From Cyanophora paradoxa CCMP329 (taxonomy: Eukaryota; Plantae; Glaucophyta): 64,000 bases of DNA. The position numbers and the translations under genes are program-made. Under the pieces are notes generated by a model. The model was not told the origin of the DNA, ran no database searches, and worked only from the letters and a program-made list of their open reading frames with translations. This document shows, piece by piece, positions 38,685 through 48,300 of this stretch. The stretch spans positions 1 to 64,000 of the forward strand of contig QPMI01000023.1 in assembly GCA_004431415.1 (NCBI GenBank). The letters are read 5' to 3'. Every line of letters begins with the position of its first letter. The stretch's first letter is position 1.

Positions 38685-39809
38685 AAGACTGCGTCCCCGC
38701 AGGCTACATTTCGGAAATGACCGGCAACTGCCGGGAATGAATAAGCTTGGAAGCCGGTACTCGCTCTACGGCAGCCGACTGCCGGGAATGAAAAGACTGT
38801 CAGCCGGATGCCGTTGAATTCTTGAAAGGCCATTCCGGCCGCCATAGGCGGGTACGGGGACTTGATCTCCAGGGGAGGAGTGATCGGCGGCAAGGAAGCC
38901 GCGGGTTTTGCCCAATGGGCGACGGACTGAGGTCCAACTTCATGTTCTCATGTAGAGTTTCCGCGTGAAGGGAGGCTCGGGGCCCCCTTGGTGCCATGCA
39001 TGCACAGCGAGAGCACGCCGCAGATGCGTACGCGAAAGAGCAGCGCGGGGCGACGCGGCGCGCTGGCGGCGCACGGCCCCCTCCGGTGTGCCCCCCAACC
39101 GCGACGCGGTCGGGTGACCCAAGTGCGAGCCACGCAGAGCTCCACCCAGGCGAGCACCCCTTAGGCTCTCGCAGTGGTGAAGTACAGGTAATCGGATCGG
39201 CGGGGATTCAACCGTGCCGACGAGGATAGAGCCGGCTCCAGGACCGGGTACCGCTCACAAGGATGCATTCCGGTTTTGCCGCACGCGGCGCCGGGCACCC
39301 CTGCCCGACCCCGTGACTTCGTTCGATGCCAAGGGAGAAGAGCCAGCGTCAGGCGTCCCCGACGTGGATTCTCATGCATGAGAGTCGTGAAGCTCTCGTC
39401 GTCGCGCACGGACCTTGAGCCGGCCGACCGCCCATTCACTGGGACTTCGATTCAGGATAGGGCTCAGGGGTCGTCTAGCCCCGTCGCGCCGTTCTCGTCA
39501 GGAACGCGCCGCCTGGTCGCTCAATAGCGCACTCAGGTCTTATCCAACGCTTCGATGGAGCGGGGCACGTAGGCCCGTCACGCCGCTCGACGTTTCACAG
39601 TCAAAGCGCGCCGCCCGGCCGCCTGAGGCGTTCTGCCAGGACTTTCTTGCATCCGGGACGGGGCCCTTTCTCAGAGCGTCCGTCGCGAGGGCATTGCCTC
39701 TCGCATCATATTCCGGTGGCGGGGGTACGGGGTCCCCGCGGCTAGGGTGGCTCGCCATGGCCAACCCCGCCGGGCCTCAGCGCACTGCGCCGGGCCCTTG
39801 AGCCTTTGT

Positions 39810-42800
39810 TTAGGCTGCTCCCGCCGGCGCGGGGCCAGCGGCCGCCGGTCCGGCGGCGCCCTGAGGCGGAGCTGCGGCACCTGCCGCTCGCGGCCTCCCG
39901 CGGGCCGGGCGTGCAGGGCGCTCAGTGTCGCGGACACGGAACGGGATCATGCAGTCGATGTGCACGATCGTTTCACGCGTGTCCCGGCTCTTGTGCCGGT
40001 TCGGGGCGGCGGCGCCGTAGGGCCGTGCGAGGCCGCGAACGACGTACGTGTAGCCGCCGGGGTGCACATCGAGCACCGTGAACGGGCCGACCCAGGAGTT
40101 GTACAACCCCTTATCGCGGTCGCCCAGCCAGCGGTGGTCGGGCAAGTCGCCAGTCCGGTAGATCAGGCGCTGCCGATACACGCGACGGTGCTCGCGGAGA
40201 GCTGCCTCGCGGTGCTTGGCCGCGCGGACGACGGCAAGCAGGTACTCCGGGTAGCTCATCGTTTCCAAGAGCTCAACGCCGAAGCGCACGTCGGCGGGCA
40301 ACGTCAGCTCGTGCCCCAGGTGCAGCACCGCGGGCGAGAAGCCAGTGGCGGCGTGCACGGTCGTGCGGAGAGCCAGCTGCACCTCGTGCACGTGCTGGTC
40401 CCACTCGTGCAGCGGCTCGCGGTTGGCGCGGCACGCAGCGTGCAGCAGCGTCTTGATGACACCGCCCAGCCGCTCGACCAGGCCGTTCGTGGCGTGGTGG
40501 TACGCAGCGGCGTAAATGAAGCGCGTCCCGAGCGAGCGGAAGAACTCATTGAAGAGCCCTCCCTTCAGGTTCGACCCGTTGTCGACGAGCAGTCGCAGGG
40601 GCACGCCTTCATCCGAGACGAACTTGCGGGCGGTCCCCAGCAAGGTCAGTCCCTCAAGGTCCGCGATCGGGTATTCGTGGTGCCATTTGCTCCAGGCGTT
40701 CACGTACACGATCATGTAGCGCAGACCGCGCGGAGTCGGGTCCAGGTGGAAGATGTCCACCTGCCACAGGTCGTTTCGGCCCTCAGGCTCGATGACCGCG
40801 ATCGCTGTTCGCCGCGGCTTCACCGCTTTCGCGAACTGGCAGCAAGCGCAGCTGCGCACGTAGCGCGTCACTGCAGCGAGCATTCCTGGCCACCAGAACC
40901 GGAACGCGATCCGGCGGGCGACGATCTGGGCGCCTCGGTGGCCCCAACCGTCATGGTACGCGTACATGACGCGGTCCTGCCAAGTCTCGGGCAGTACAGG
41001 CACGTAACGCGCGCCTGGCAGGACCGGCCGGCGAACGAGCACGCCGTCCGTGTCGATGTCGAATTTCTCAGCGAATTCGGCAAACGACGCCTGTGCCTTG
41101 AGGCAGGCATAGCAGTCGCCAGACAGGCAAGACGCGCGCGAGCACCGCGCGTAATTCGTCTTGTTCTCCAAGTAGGCGAACAGCCGCTGCCCAAGCGGAT
41201 CTTCCCGCTGCGCGGCGAGCAGCCGCACGCGTCGAGCGGGGAACATGTACTTGAGGGACTCCGGAACGGGCCCGTCAAGCTTCGGGGCGTAGACGCAGTC
41301 CCACGCGTCCAGCACGCGCTCGAGAACGCGGGGCTTGCGCCGATCACTCACTTCGCCGAGCTCGGGCCCTGGCGCGATCGCGCTGGAGGAGAACATCTCC
41401 ATTTCAGGCGCCGGCTCGGCGTCGGCAGCCGCGGGGCCGCCGCTCTGCTGATCGGAGGAGGGCGCCTCTGAGGCCGCCGCTCCGCTTGACCCGGCCGTAG
41501 CCGCAGTCGTGCTCGAGGAGCTGGCGCCGGAGGGCGCCCTGACAGCTCCCGCGCCACCCTCAGGATCCTCGTCGGGATCATCCTGATGGGGATAGATCGG
41601 CGGGCCGCAGCGCCAGTGGCGCGGATTTCCCGGCCGGCGCGGGGTCTTGCCCGGCCGCGGCTCAGGCTGTGGCTGCTGGTCGCGCGGCAGTGGGGGCGTC
41701 TCCCCCTCGTACCGGCGCGGGCCGCTCAGATAACGCGCCCGGACCAGCGGGAGGAGGTCCAGCGGGAACCCATCCTCGTCGAGCGAGGCGCGCGTCGTCG
41801 GCTCGGAGGGCATAACGGGCGGCGCCAGCTCGGGCTCAGGCTCGGGATCGAGCTCCATCGGCTCAGGGGCCGGAGGCGGACTGGGCGACCGAGGCCGCGG
41901 GGGCAAGCCCTCGCCGACAGCCAATTGGTGCCACTCGTCCACCTGAGCGCGCAGCTGCGCCCAGGTGACGGCCTGCTTCTGGCCGCGCCGCTGGGGCGGG
42001 CCGGCGTTCGGCAGCTGAGGCGCAGCCGGCAGGGCCGCGCCGTCAGCGTTGGCCGGGGCCTGCTGCGGGTCTCCAGCGGGCCGGGAACGGGCGCGAGGCG
42101 GCGCCGACGCGGCGGCCTGCGCGGCACCGGGCGAGGCGGGCTCGCTCTCTTCGACGCGGATCGGCTCGTCGTCCGCGTCCTCACGGAGGGCCTCAGGCGG
42201 CGCGCGCGCGATGCGGCGCCGGGGTCCCTCAGCGGGCTGCACGTCGGCGCGAGAGGCCGGGGCGCCCTCGAACGCGAGCTGCCGCGCGAGGCGGGCCATG
42301 CGTCGCGACACTACAGCCTCTACGGGGGCTGGCTCAGGCTCCGGGGCAGAGCTGCTTGAGCTCGCTTCGGCGGGAGGGGCTGGCGCCTCAGCGCTGGCCG
42401 CCTCGCCACTTCCCTCGACGGCTACCGCGTACAGGGGCAGCGGCTCGTCGAGATCGCCGGGCTGGGGCACGCCAAACCCGCGAGCGCCGGGCAGCGCGTC
42501 GGGCGCGTCAGAGCTGCCGTCGGCACCGCCGGGCGCGAGGACAGGGTGCTCGCCGGGCAGGCGCGAGCAGGCGTCAGGGCCGCCATTGTTGCGCCCGGCG
42601 CGGTATTCTACGACGAAGTCGTAGGACTGCAGGAGCAGGGCCCAGCGGCCTAGCCTCCCCGTAGTCTCGTCGCGCGTGCGCAGCCATTGGAGCGCATGGT
42701 GGTCGGTGCGCACAGTGAACTGGGGCCCGCCTAGAAGGAAGTGCCGCCAGTATTTGATTGCCCAGACTACCGCCAAGCACTCGAGCTCAGTGGCGGAGTA

Positions 42801-45308
42801 GTTGCGCTCGGCGGGGGCCAGAGTGCGGCTAATGAAGCCGATCGGCCGCTCCACCGGCGGCGTCGATCCGTCGAGCTGCGACAGAATCGCGCCAATCGCA
42901 TAAGTCGACGCGTCAGTCGACAGGATGAAGGGGCGCTCGAAGTCCGGGTACTTCAACACCAGATTCAAGAGCAACGCAGCCTTCAGCTTCTCGAAAGAGG
43001 CCTGCTGGGCCTCACCCCAGTTCCACTCGGCGTCGCGTAGCAGCAAGCGCTGCATCGGCTGCACGATCCGTGCAAAGCCTTCCACGAAGCGCCGGTAGTA
43101 GCCAGCCAAGCCCAGGAAAGACCGCAGCCGGTCTGCGTCCGTGGGCGCCGGGTAGTCGCGGATCACGGCGAGCTTTGCCGGATCCTGGCGGATCCCATCT
43201 GCAGAGACAAGGTGCCCTAGCAGATTGATCTCGGATACGCCGAAGCGACACTTCGACGGCTTCAGCCGCAGGTTGGCAGGCACGATTGCCTTGAACAGCG
43301 CCTCGAGATCAAGCAGGTGCTGATCGATCGAGGGCGAGAACACCGTGATATCGTCGATATACGCGGTGACACAGGTGGTGAGGAGGGGCCCGAGGATTGC
43401 GGTGACAGCGCGGGAGAACGCCGCTGGCCCGTTGGTTACACTGAACGGGGTCACGCGCCACTCGTACTGGCCCCAGGGCACGACGAAGGCAGTGAAGCGC
43501 CGCGACGCGGGGTCGAGCGGCAACTGCCAGAAGCCGCACACTGCGTCTCCTACCGAGAAGACGATGGCGCCACGCAGGCGGTCGAGCTGATCGTCGATCC
43601 GCGGCAGCGGGAAGACGTCACGCTCGGTAATGGCGTTCAGGCGTCGGTAATCAACACACATCCGCCACGTCCCATCTTTCTTCGGGGCCAACACTAGTGG
43701 CGACCCGTACGCAGCCTCAGAGGGCTGGATCAGGCCCAGCTCTAGCAAGCGGGCAATCTCGGCTCGCGCGAACTGCTCAGCGTGCGGGCTCACGCGCCGC
43801 GGCGGCGTGTACACGGGCAGGTGCGAGTTGAGCCGGATCACGTGCTGGTAGTGCATGAGGTCTTGTGTACCCCCTACAGCCGTGACGCTTTCAGCGAAGG
43901 CGCCCTTGTAGCGCTTCAGCAGAGCCTCGAGGCGGGCCTTCTGCGGGCCATCGAAGCCGGGATGCGAACCGACCTCAGGGATCTTTCCCCGGATCCGGTT
44001 CCACTCCTCCTCTTCAGAGCTCGACGACCCCGTCGGCTCAGGGCGAGACGGCCCGCTGGAGGGGCCGGCCTCATTGGGATCGCGGGGCGGGGCGTGGACG
44101 GGCTCCTTGCCCTTGCGGCGATCGGGCGGAGCCTCGTCGTCAGACCGCTCCATCGGGGGCGTGTCATCGGAGTCGTCAGGCTCGCGCTTCACCTCTGGAG
44201 GTGCGTGGCGCACCGAGCAGCTAGGGCCAGCAAGAGCGGCGCTCGAGCTGGAAGCCAGCGGCGCGGCTGCAGGCACCGGGGCGGCGGACGAAGTCGCGAC
44301 CGCGTTCACAGCAGCAGCTTCCGCGAGGCGGGCGGCGGCGAGGGCGCGGCGCGCGTTGCGCACGGAGCGCCGCTCGCGGCGTTCGGCGCGGCGCTGAGGC
44401 CGCTGCGCTGCATGCTCCTCTGGATCGGTCCAGCCCGGATATTCATCATCGAGCTCCGAATCCGAGGTATCTTCGACAGTGGAGTCGCTATCCCGGTCGC
44501 TATCGGAATTGCGATCATTGTAGTGGTCGGGAAACTCGGGCGGCGCGAGATCGTCGTCATCGCTATCATCGCCCGGGGGCGGCGCGGGCGCTAGCTGTAG
44601 GACCAGGTCCGGCAGGTCGCCGTCAAACACGTTTCCTTGCGCATCAACGAGCGGCGGCGGCTCATCGGCTGCGGCGCGAGGCAGCTGGTGCGGCGTTTGG
44701 CCGTAATTCACACCGGGCCGGTCAGGATCGGTGCTGATGACGCGCAAGATGCGAGGCAGGGCTGGAGGGCCGCCGCCAAGCGTGTTGGGGTGGGGGAGAG
44801 GGGTGCGCTCGCTAGCCGGCGCGGGTTTGAAGCCGGGCGGGGCATTATTCGCGAGGCGGCGCAGAGATCGGAATCCCTGCCCCCTTCGAGGGTCGTACGG
44901 CCGCAGCGTGCGCACGTAGGCGTCGGCCACGTCGGCGGCGGTAGCATTTATTGACGGCGGCTCAAATTCGAAGTCGCCGGGCGGGAGGTGGCGTGCCTCC
45001 GCCACTGCAACGATGGCGCCCGCCTCGAGGTGGACGTCGACATCGGCAGGATTTAAGAGGCGGACATAGATTGCTCCGCGCTCGCCTAGCTCTGCACGGG
45101 AGTGCAGTTGGTTCGGGGCTAGTACTCCGAGCGCCGGCAGTGAATCCGGCGCCGGCCCGACGTCAAGGGTCGGGGCCGCGCTTTCAGGCGGCAGGCGCCC
45201 GTCTAGGACGCAGCGGACCCGGCATTCTCGCCAGTTCCGTTCGATTTTGACAGGGCGCTGGACCCGGACAAGCAGAGGCCCTTGTGCTTGGCCGGGCAGC
45301 GAAAAGGG
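39810..45308 (-). CDS. pol: Pol: dUTPase-like beta domain, reverse transcriptase, RNase H, integrase; expressed by -1 frameshift
   Basis: RT: WRMCVDYRRLN, LPRIDD, YIDD (43350-43361). RNase H: TDAS (42906-42917), YSATELECLA, TDHHAL. Integrase: H..H..CACC, WQVDIF/VDNGSN/GLVERL (DDE), GPF motif. Open, with no internal stops. Confidence 0.97.
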   Translation of the reverse strand, partial: PFSLPGQAQGPLLVRVQRPVKIERNWRECRVRCVLDGRLPPESAAPTLDVGPAPDSLPALGVLAPNQLHSRAELGERGAIYVRLLNPADVDVHLEAGAIVAVAEARHLPPGDFEFEPPSINATAADVADAYVRTLRPYDPRRGQGFRSLRRLANNAPPGFKPAPASERTPLPHPNTLGGGPPALPRILRVISTDPDRPGVNYGQTPHQLPRAAADEPPPLVDAQGNVFDGDLPDLVLQLAPAPPPGDDSDDDDLAPPEFPDHYNDRNSDSDRDSDSTVEDTSDSELDDEYPGWTDPEEHAAQRPQRRAERRERRSVRNARRALAAARLAEAAAVNAVATSSAAPVPAAAPLASSSSAALAGPSCSVRHAPPEVKREPDDSDDTPPMERSDDEAPPDRRKGKEPVHAPPRDPNEAGPSSGPSRPEPTGSSSSEEEEWNRIRGKIPEVGSHPGFDGPQKARLEALLKRYKGAFAESVTAVGGTQDLMHYQHVIRLNSHLPVYTPPRRVSPHAEQFARAEIARLLELGLIQPSEAAYGSPLVLAPKKDGTWRMCVDYRRLNAITERDVFPLPRIDDQLDRLRGAIVFSVGDAVCGFWQLPLDPASRRFTAFVVPWGQYEWRVTPFSVTNGPAAFSRAVTAILGPLLTTCVTAYIDDITVFSPSIDQHLLDLEALFKAIVPANLRLKPSKCRFGVSEINLLGHLVSADGIRQDPAKLAVIRDYPAPTDADRLRSFLGLAGYYRRFVEGFARIVQPMQRLLLRDAEWNWGEAQQASFEKLKAALLLNLVLKYPDFERPFILSTDASTYAIGAILSQLDGSTPPVERPIGFISRTLAPAERNYSATELECLAVVWAIKYWRHFLLGGPQFTVRTDHHALQWLRTRDETTGRLGRWALLLQSYDFVVEYRAGRNNGGPDACSRLPGEHPVLAPGGADGSSDAPDALPGARGFGVPQPGDLDEPLPLYAVAVEGSGEAASAEAPAPPAEASSSSSAPEPEPAPVEAVVSRRMARLARQLAFEGAPASRADVQPAEGPRRRIARAPPEALREDADDEPIRVEESEPASPGAAQAAASAPPRARSRPAGDPQQAPANADGAALPAAPQLPNAGPPQRRGQKQAVTWAQLRAQVDEWHQLAVGEGLPPRPRSPSPPPAPEPMELDPEPEPELAPPVMPSEPTTRASLDEDGFPLDLLPLVRARYLSGPRRYEGETPPLPRDQQPQPEPRPGKTPRRPGNPRHWRCGPPIYPHQDDPDEDPEGGAGAVRAPSGASSSSTTAATAGSSGAAASEAPSSDQQSGGPAAADAEPAPEMEMFSSSAIAPGPELGEVSDRRKPRVLERVLDAWDCVYAPKLDGPVPESLKYMFPARRVRLLAAQREDPLGQRLFAYLENKTNYARCSRASCLSGDCYACLKAQASFAEFAEKFDIDTDGVLVRRPVLPGARYVPVLPETWQDRVMYAYHDGWGHRGAQIVARRIAFRFWWPGMLAAVTRYVRSCACCQFAKAVKPRRTAIAVIEPEGRNDLWQVDIFHLDPTPRGLRYMIVYVNAWSKWHHEYPIADLEGLTLLGTARKFVSDEGVPLRLLVDNGSNLKGGLFNEFFRSLGTRFIYAAAYHHATNGLVERLGGVIKTLLHAACRANREPLHEWDQHVHEVQLALRTTVHAATGFSPAVLHLGHELTLPADVRFGVELLETMSYPEYLLAVVRAAKHREAALREHRRVYRQRLIYRTGDLPDHRWLGDRDKGLYNSWVGPFTVLDVHPGGYTYVVRGLARPYGAAAPNRHKSRDTRETIVHIDCMIPFRVRDTERPARPARGRPRAAGAAAPPQGAAGPAAAGPAPAGAA

Positions 45309-48300
45309 ATCACGTGGGGCTTGTAGTGCGCGTCGCGCGCGTGCAAGCACCAGCCGGAGCGCGTGGTGTCGATGCGGCCATCGATGCACATGATAGTGCC
45401 GATGCCGAGCAGCATGTCAGCGTCCGGGCCCAGTGTCCCGTCCGGCACAACGTGCACAGCGCGAGAGACGTAGACATCGCCAAAGCGGAGAACTACGTGG
45501 GCAATTTCAGCCTCGATCGTCGCGTGGTGCATGAAGGCACGGAGTGTCTTTGTGCCGGTGTAGCGGGTGCCCTTAGGCATCATCCGCCGCTCGGCTACAT
45601 CACCCATTGCGCCAGTATCGAAGATAAACTTGACGCGAACCCAATCGCCTAGCGTGCCGTCGGGGCCGAGGGCGTACACATACCCATGGCATTGGAGCAG
45701 CAGCCGGCGAAAATCATGCGGCAGCCCGTTAATCCCGTCGATAACTCGACCAATCGGGACCGGGGCCGGAAGCTGGCTGGAGTCGGGATCGGAATCCGCG
45801 GACTCAGGCTCGGCGAAATCAGTAGGCCGATCAGGGCCGTAGCCAACGAGCTCGTCCGGGGCCGGCGCAGGGAAACGCAGGTGAGCCTGCTGCGCAGCGC
45901 TCGTGGCGTGGAGCGCAGTGGAACGAGCCGCGGGTAGGCCGCCGACGTGCTTGCGGGACGGGCCGTCGGGGCGGTGCACGGGGACAAAGGCCGTGCTGTC
46001 ATGATCGAGCTGCATCGCGGCAAGCTCGAGAGGCTGGAGAGCCGCAGCCGTTGTGTACTCGGGGTCGCTGGCAACCCGCTGAATGCGAGTGCCAGGGGCG
46101 GAGCCGTCGACGTAGCCTTTGGCGCCGAGGGCCATTGCGTGGCCGATGCAAGCGATGAGCTGCTGCTCATGTTTCTCGAACGGGCGGATCGAGGGGTCGG
46201 AGGCGCTGTGACGCCGAGCAGCCGCGTTGAGCTCGTCCCATTGCGGGCTGCTGAGTGGCTCGCCCAGGACCGTAAGGTCCTCGCCCGCGACATTGGCGAT
46301 CGAATTCAAGTAAGTGCTAAGCAGCTGCGCATTCGGCGGCTGCTTCGCGAGCTCAGTTGACATCATGGCACACCAGTTCTGCACGCGCCGGTAGTGCCGT
46401 GCGCCGTCGACGGCGGAGCTGGCGGCCTGAGCGATGAGACGCTGGCGCAAGGGCGGCGGCGGCGCTTGCTGCGGGCGAGCGCTCGAACTGGCCGCGGCGG
46501 GCCGGAACGATGAGGAGCTGGCCGCGGCCGGCTGCTGCGCAGCGGGTGCGTAGATCTCTTGGCCCCAACCGTACCCGCCGGACCCGTACATTTGGGGCTG
46601 CAGCGGCGGCGGCGCCTGCTGCCAGGCCGGTGGCTGGGGAGGGGGCGCCGTAGCCGGCGGGCGCGAGGCCTGTGCCTGGCGCGGAGCCTGTGACTGGCGC
46701 GAGGCCTGTGGCTGGCGCGAGGCCTGGGCCGGCTGCACGGGGGCCGCCTGCGCCACGCGCTCTGGGTGCGGCGTCGGCGCGAGCGCGAAGCCGCGGCGCA
46801 GCGTCTTGGTACGCGCGAAGTTGAGCAGGTTGTCCGTCGGCATCAGTACCGGGACACCGAGGATTCCGAGCTGCTCGCGGAGCTCGTCATCGGTCATGTT
46901 CGCGATCTCCGGGGGCACCGGGCCGAGGCGGTGGCGCATGTGCGCCGGCCCCACAGGTCCCTTACGGGCAGGAGATTGCGAGTCGTCGCGCGCACGCTTG
47001 TGGCTAGCCGGCGTCGCCTGGCCCAGCGACGGGCTCGGCGACGTAGTGCTACGGGCGGGGCTGCGGTCGCGGGACGAGGGCGTGGACGCCCCGGCCCCTT
47101 GAGCTCCGTGCGAGCGCGCAAAAATATCGAGGGGGTCGCGGCCATTCCATGCGCGAACCAGGCTAGCCGGCAGGCGGTAGTGGAACGGCGTAATCGCGAC
47201 GCGCGAGGGGCCCAGCGCGGGCGCCATGTCAAGCGCGGGGTACGGCGCGTCGGCAGCGCGCACGGTGTCGAGGACCGGAGCGGCGGTCAAGTGGTTGAGC
47301 CGCAGGGTCGGGACCGGCGATGTGGACCCGGCCATGAGTGGCCAGAGAGTTTTGTATATTTCTTGAGTCCAATCGCGGAATGCATCGCGCACCTGCTGCT
47401 GCGCGCAGGGCGGATGGCGAGCGTACTGCTCGTGATAGCTGTTGGCATTGGTAAAGCCACAGGTCTCGCGGAGGGCCTCCGAGACACCCAGAGCCGACGT
47501 TTCGGCGGGCAGCAGGCGCTCGAGGAAGCGCAATGGGAGGTACGGCGCGTCGGCCGACTCGGAGGTGGACGGCGTCGTCTCGGAGACCGTAAGGGCGAGC
47601 TTCAGGCGCTGGAGCGTGCCAGAGCTCCAGAGCTGGCGAAGGGCGTTCAACAGCGCGGCGCGCTTGTCGGGAGCCCCGCCCCACCACACGTCAGTGCCGG
47701 GCACCGACGGGGGCTGGGGCGCCTGCGGGAGGCGCGGCATAGCGAGCCACAGCAGGGTGCCGAGCGGCACCCAGCAGGCTTGCGCGAGCTCAGCGGAGTC
47801 GTCAGCGCGGGCGACGGCGTGGCCCTGCTGCGCTTCGACCTTGACAGAAAACAAGGGATTGCCATCCGAGCCCGTGGCGCGCTGGCCGACGCGCGTGCCG
47901 ACAATGGAACGCGTGTCGGGAGACAGGAGAACTTCGCGCAGGAAGTCATAGACCGCGGGCACCAGCAGGACATGGTGCGGAATCTCAGCGGCGGTTTTTG
48001 GGTCAGCCGCGACAGAGGCGGCCGGACGTCGCATCATGATATGCGAAACCATGGCCAGCACGAAGCCGGCAAGAATGCCTGCGAGGCGCTCGCGAACAGG
48101 GACGGCTTCCCACGTGTTCGGCGGCGGGTGCGCGGGCTCCGGGGGCGCAATGCGGCCCGGGGCATGCTCGTGCTTGCGGGCATTCAAATTTTCGCGGCCA
48201 AGCGCGTAAACGCGCTGAGGGAGGCCAGCAAGGCGGCGATCAGTCTCTCCAGCGGGCGGGGAGTGCATAGCCGTGTGGGTCGGGCCGCTACAAGCCGTCG

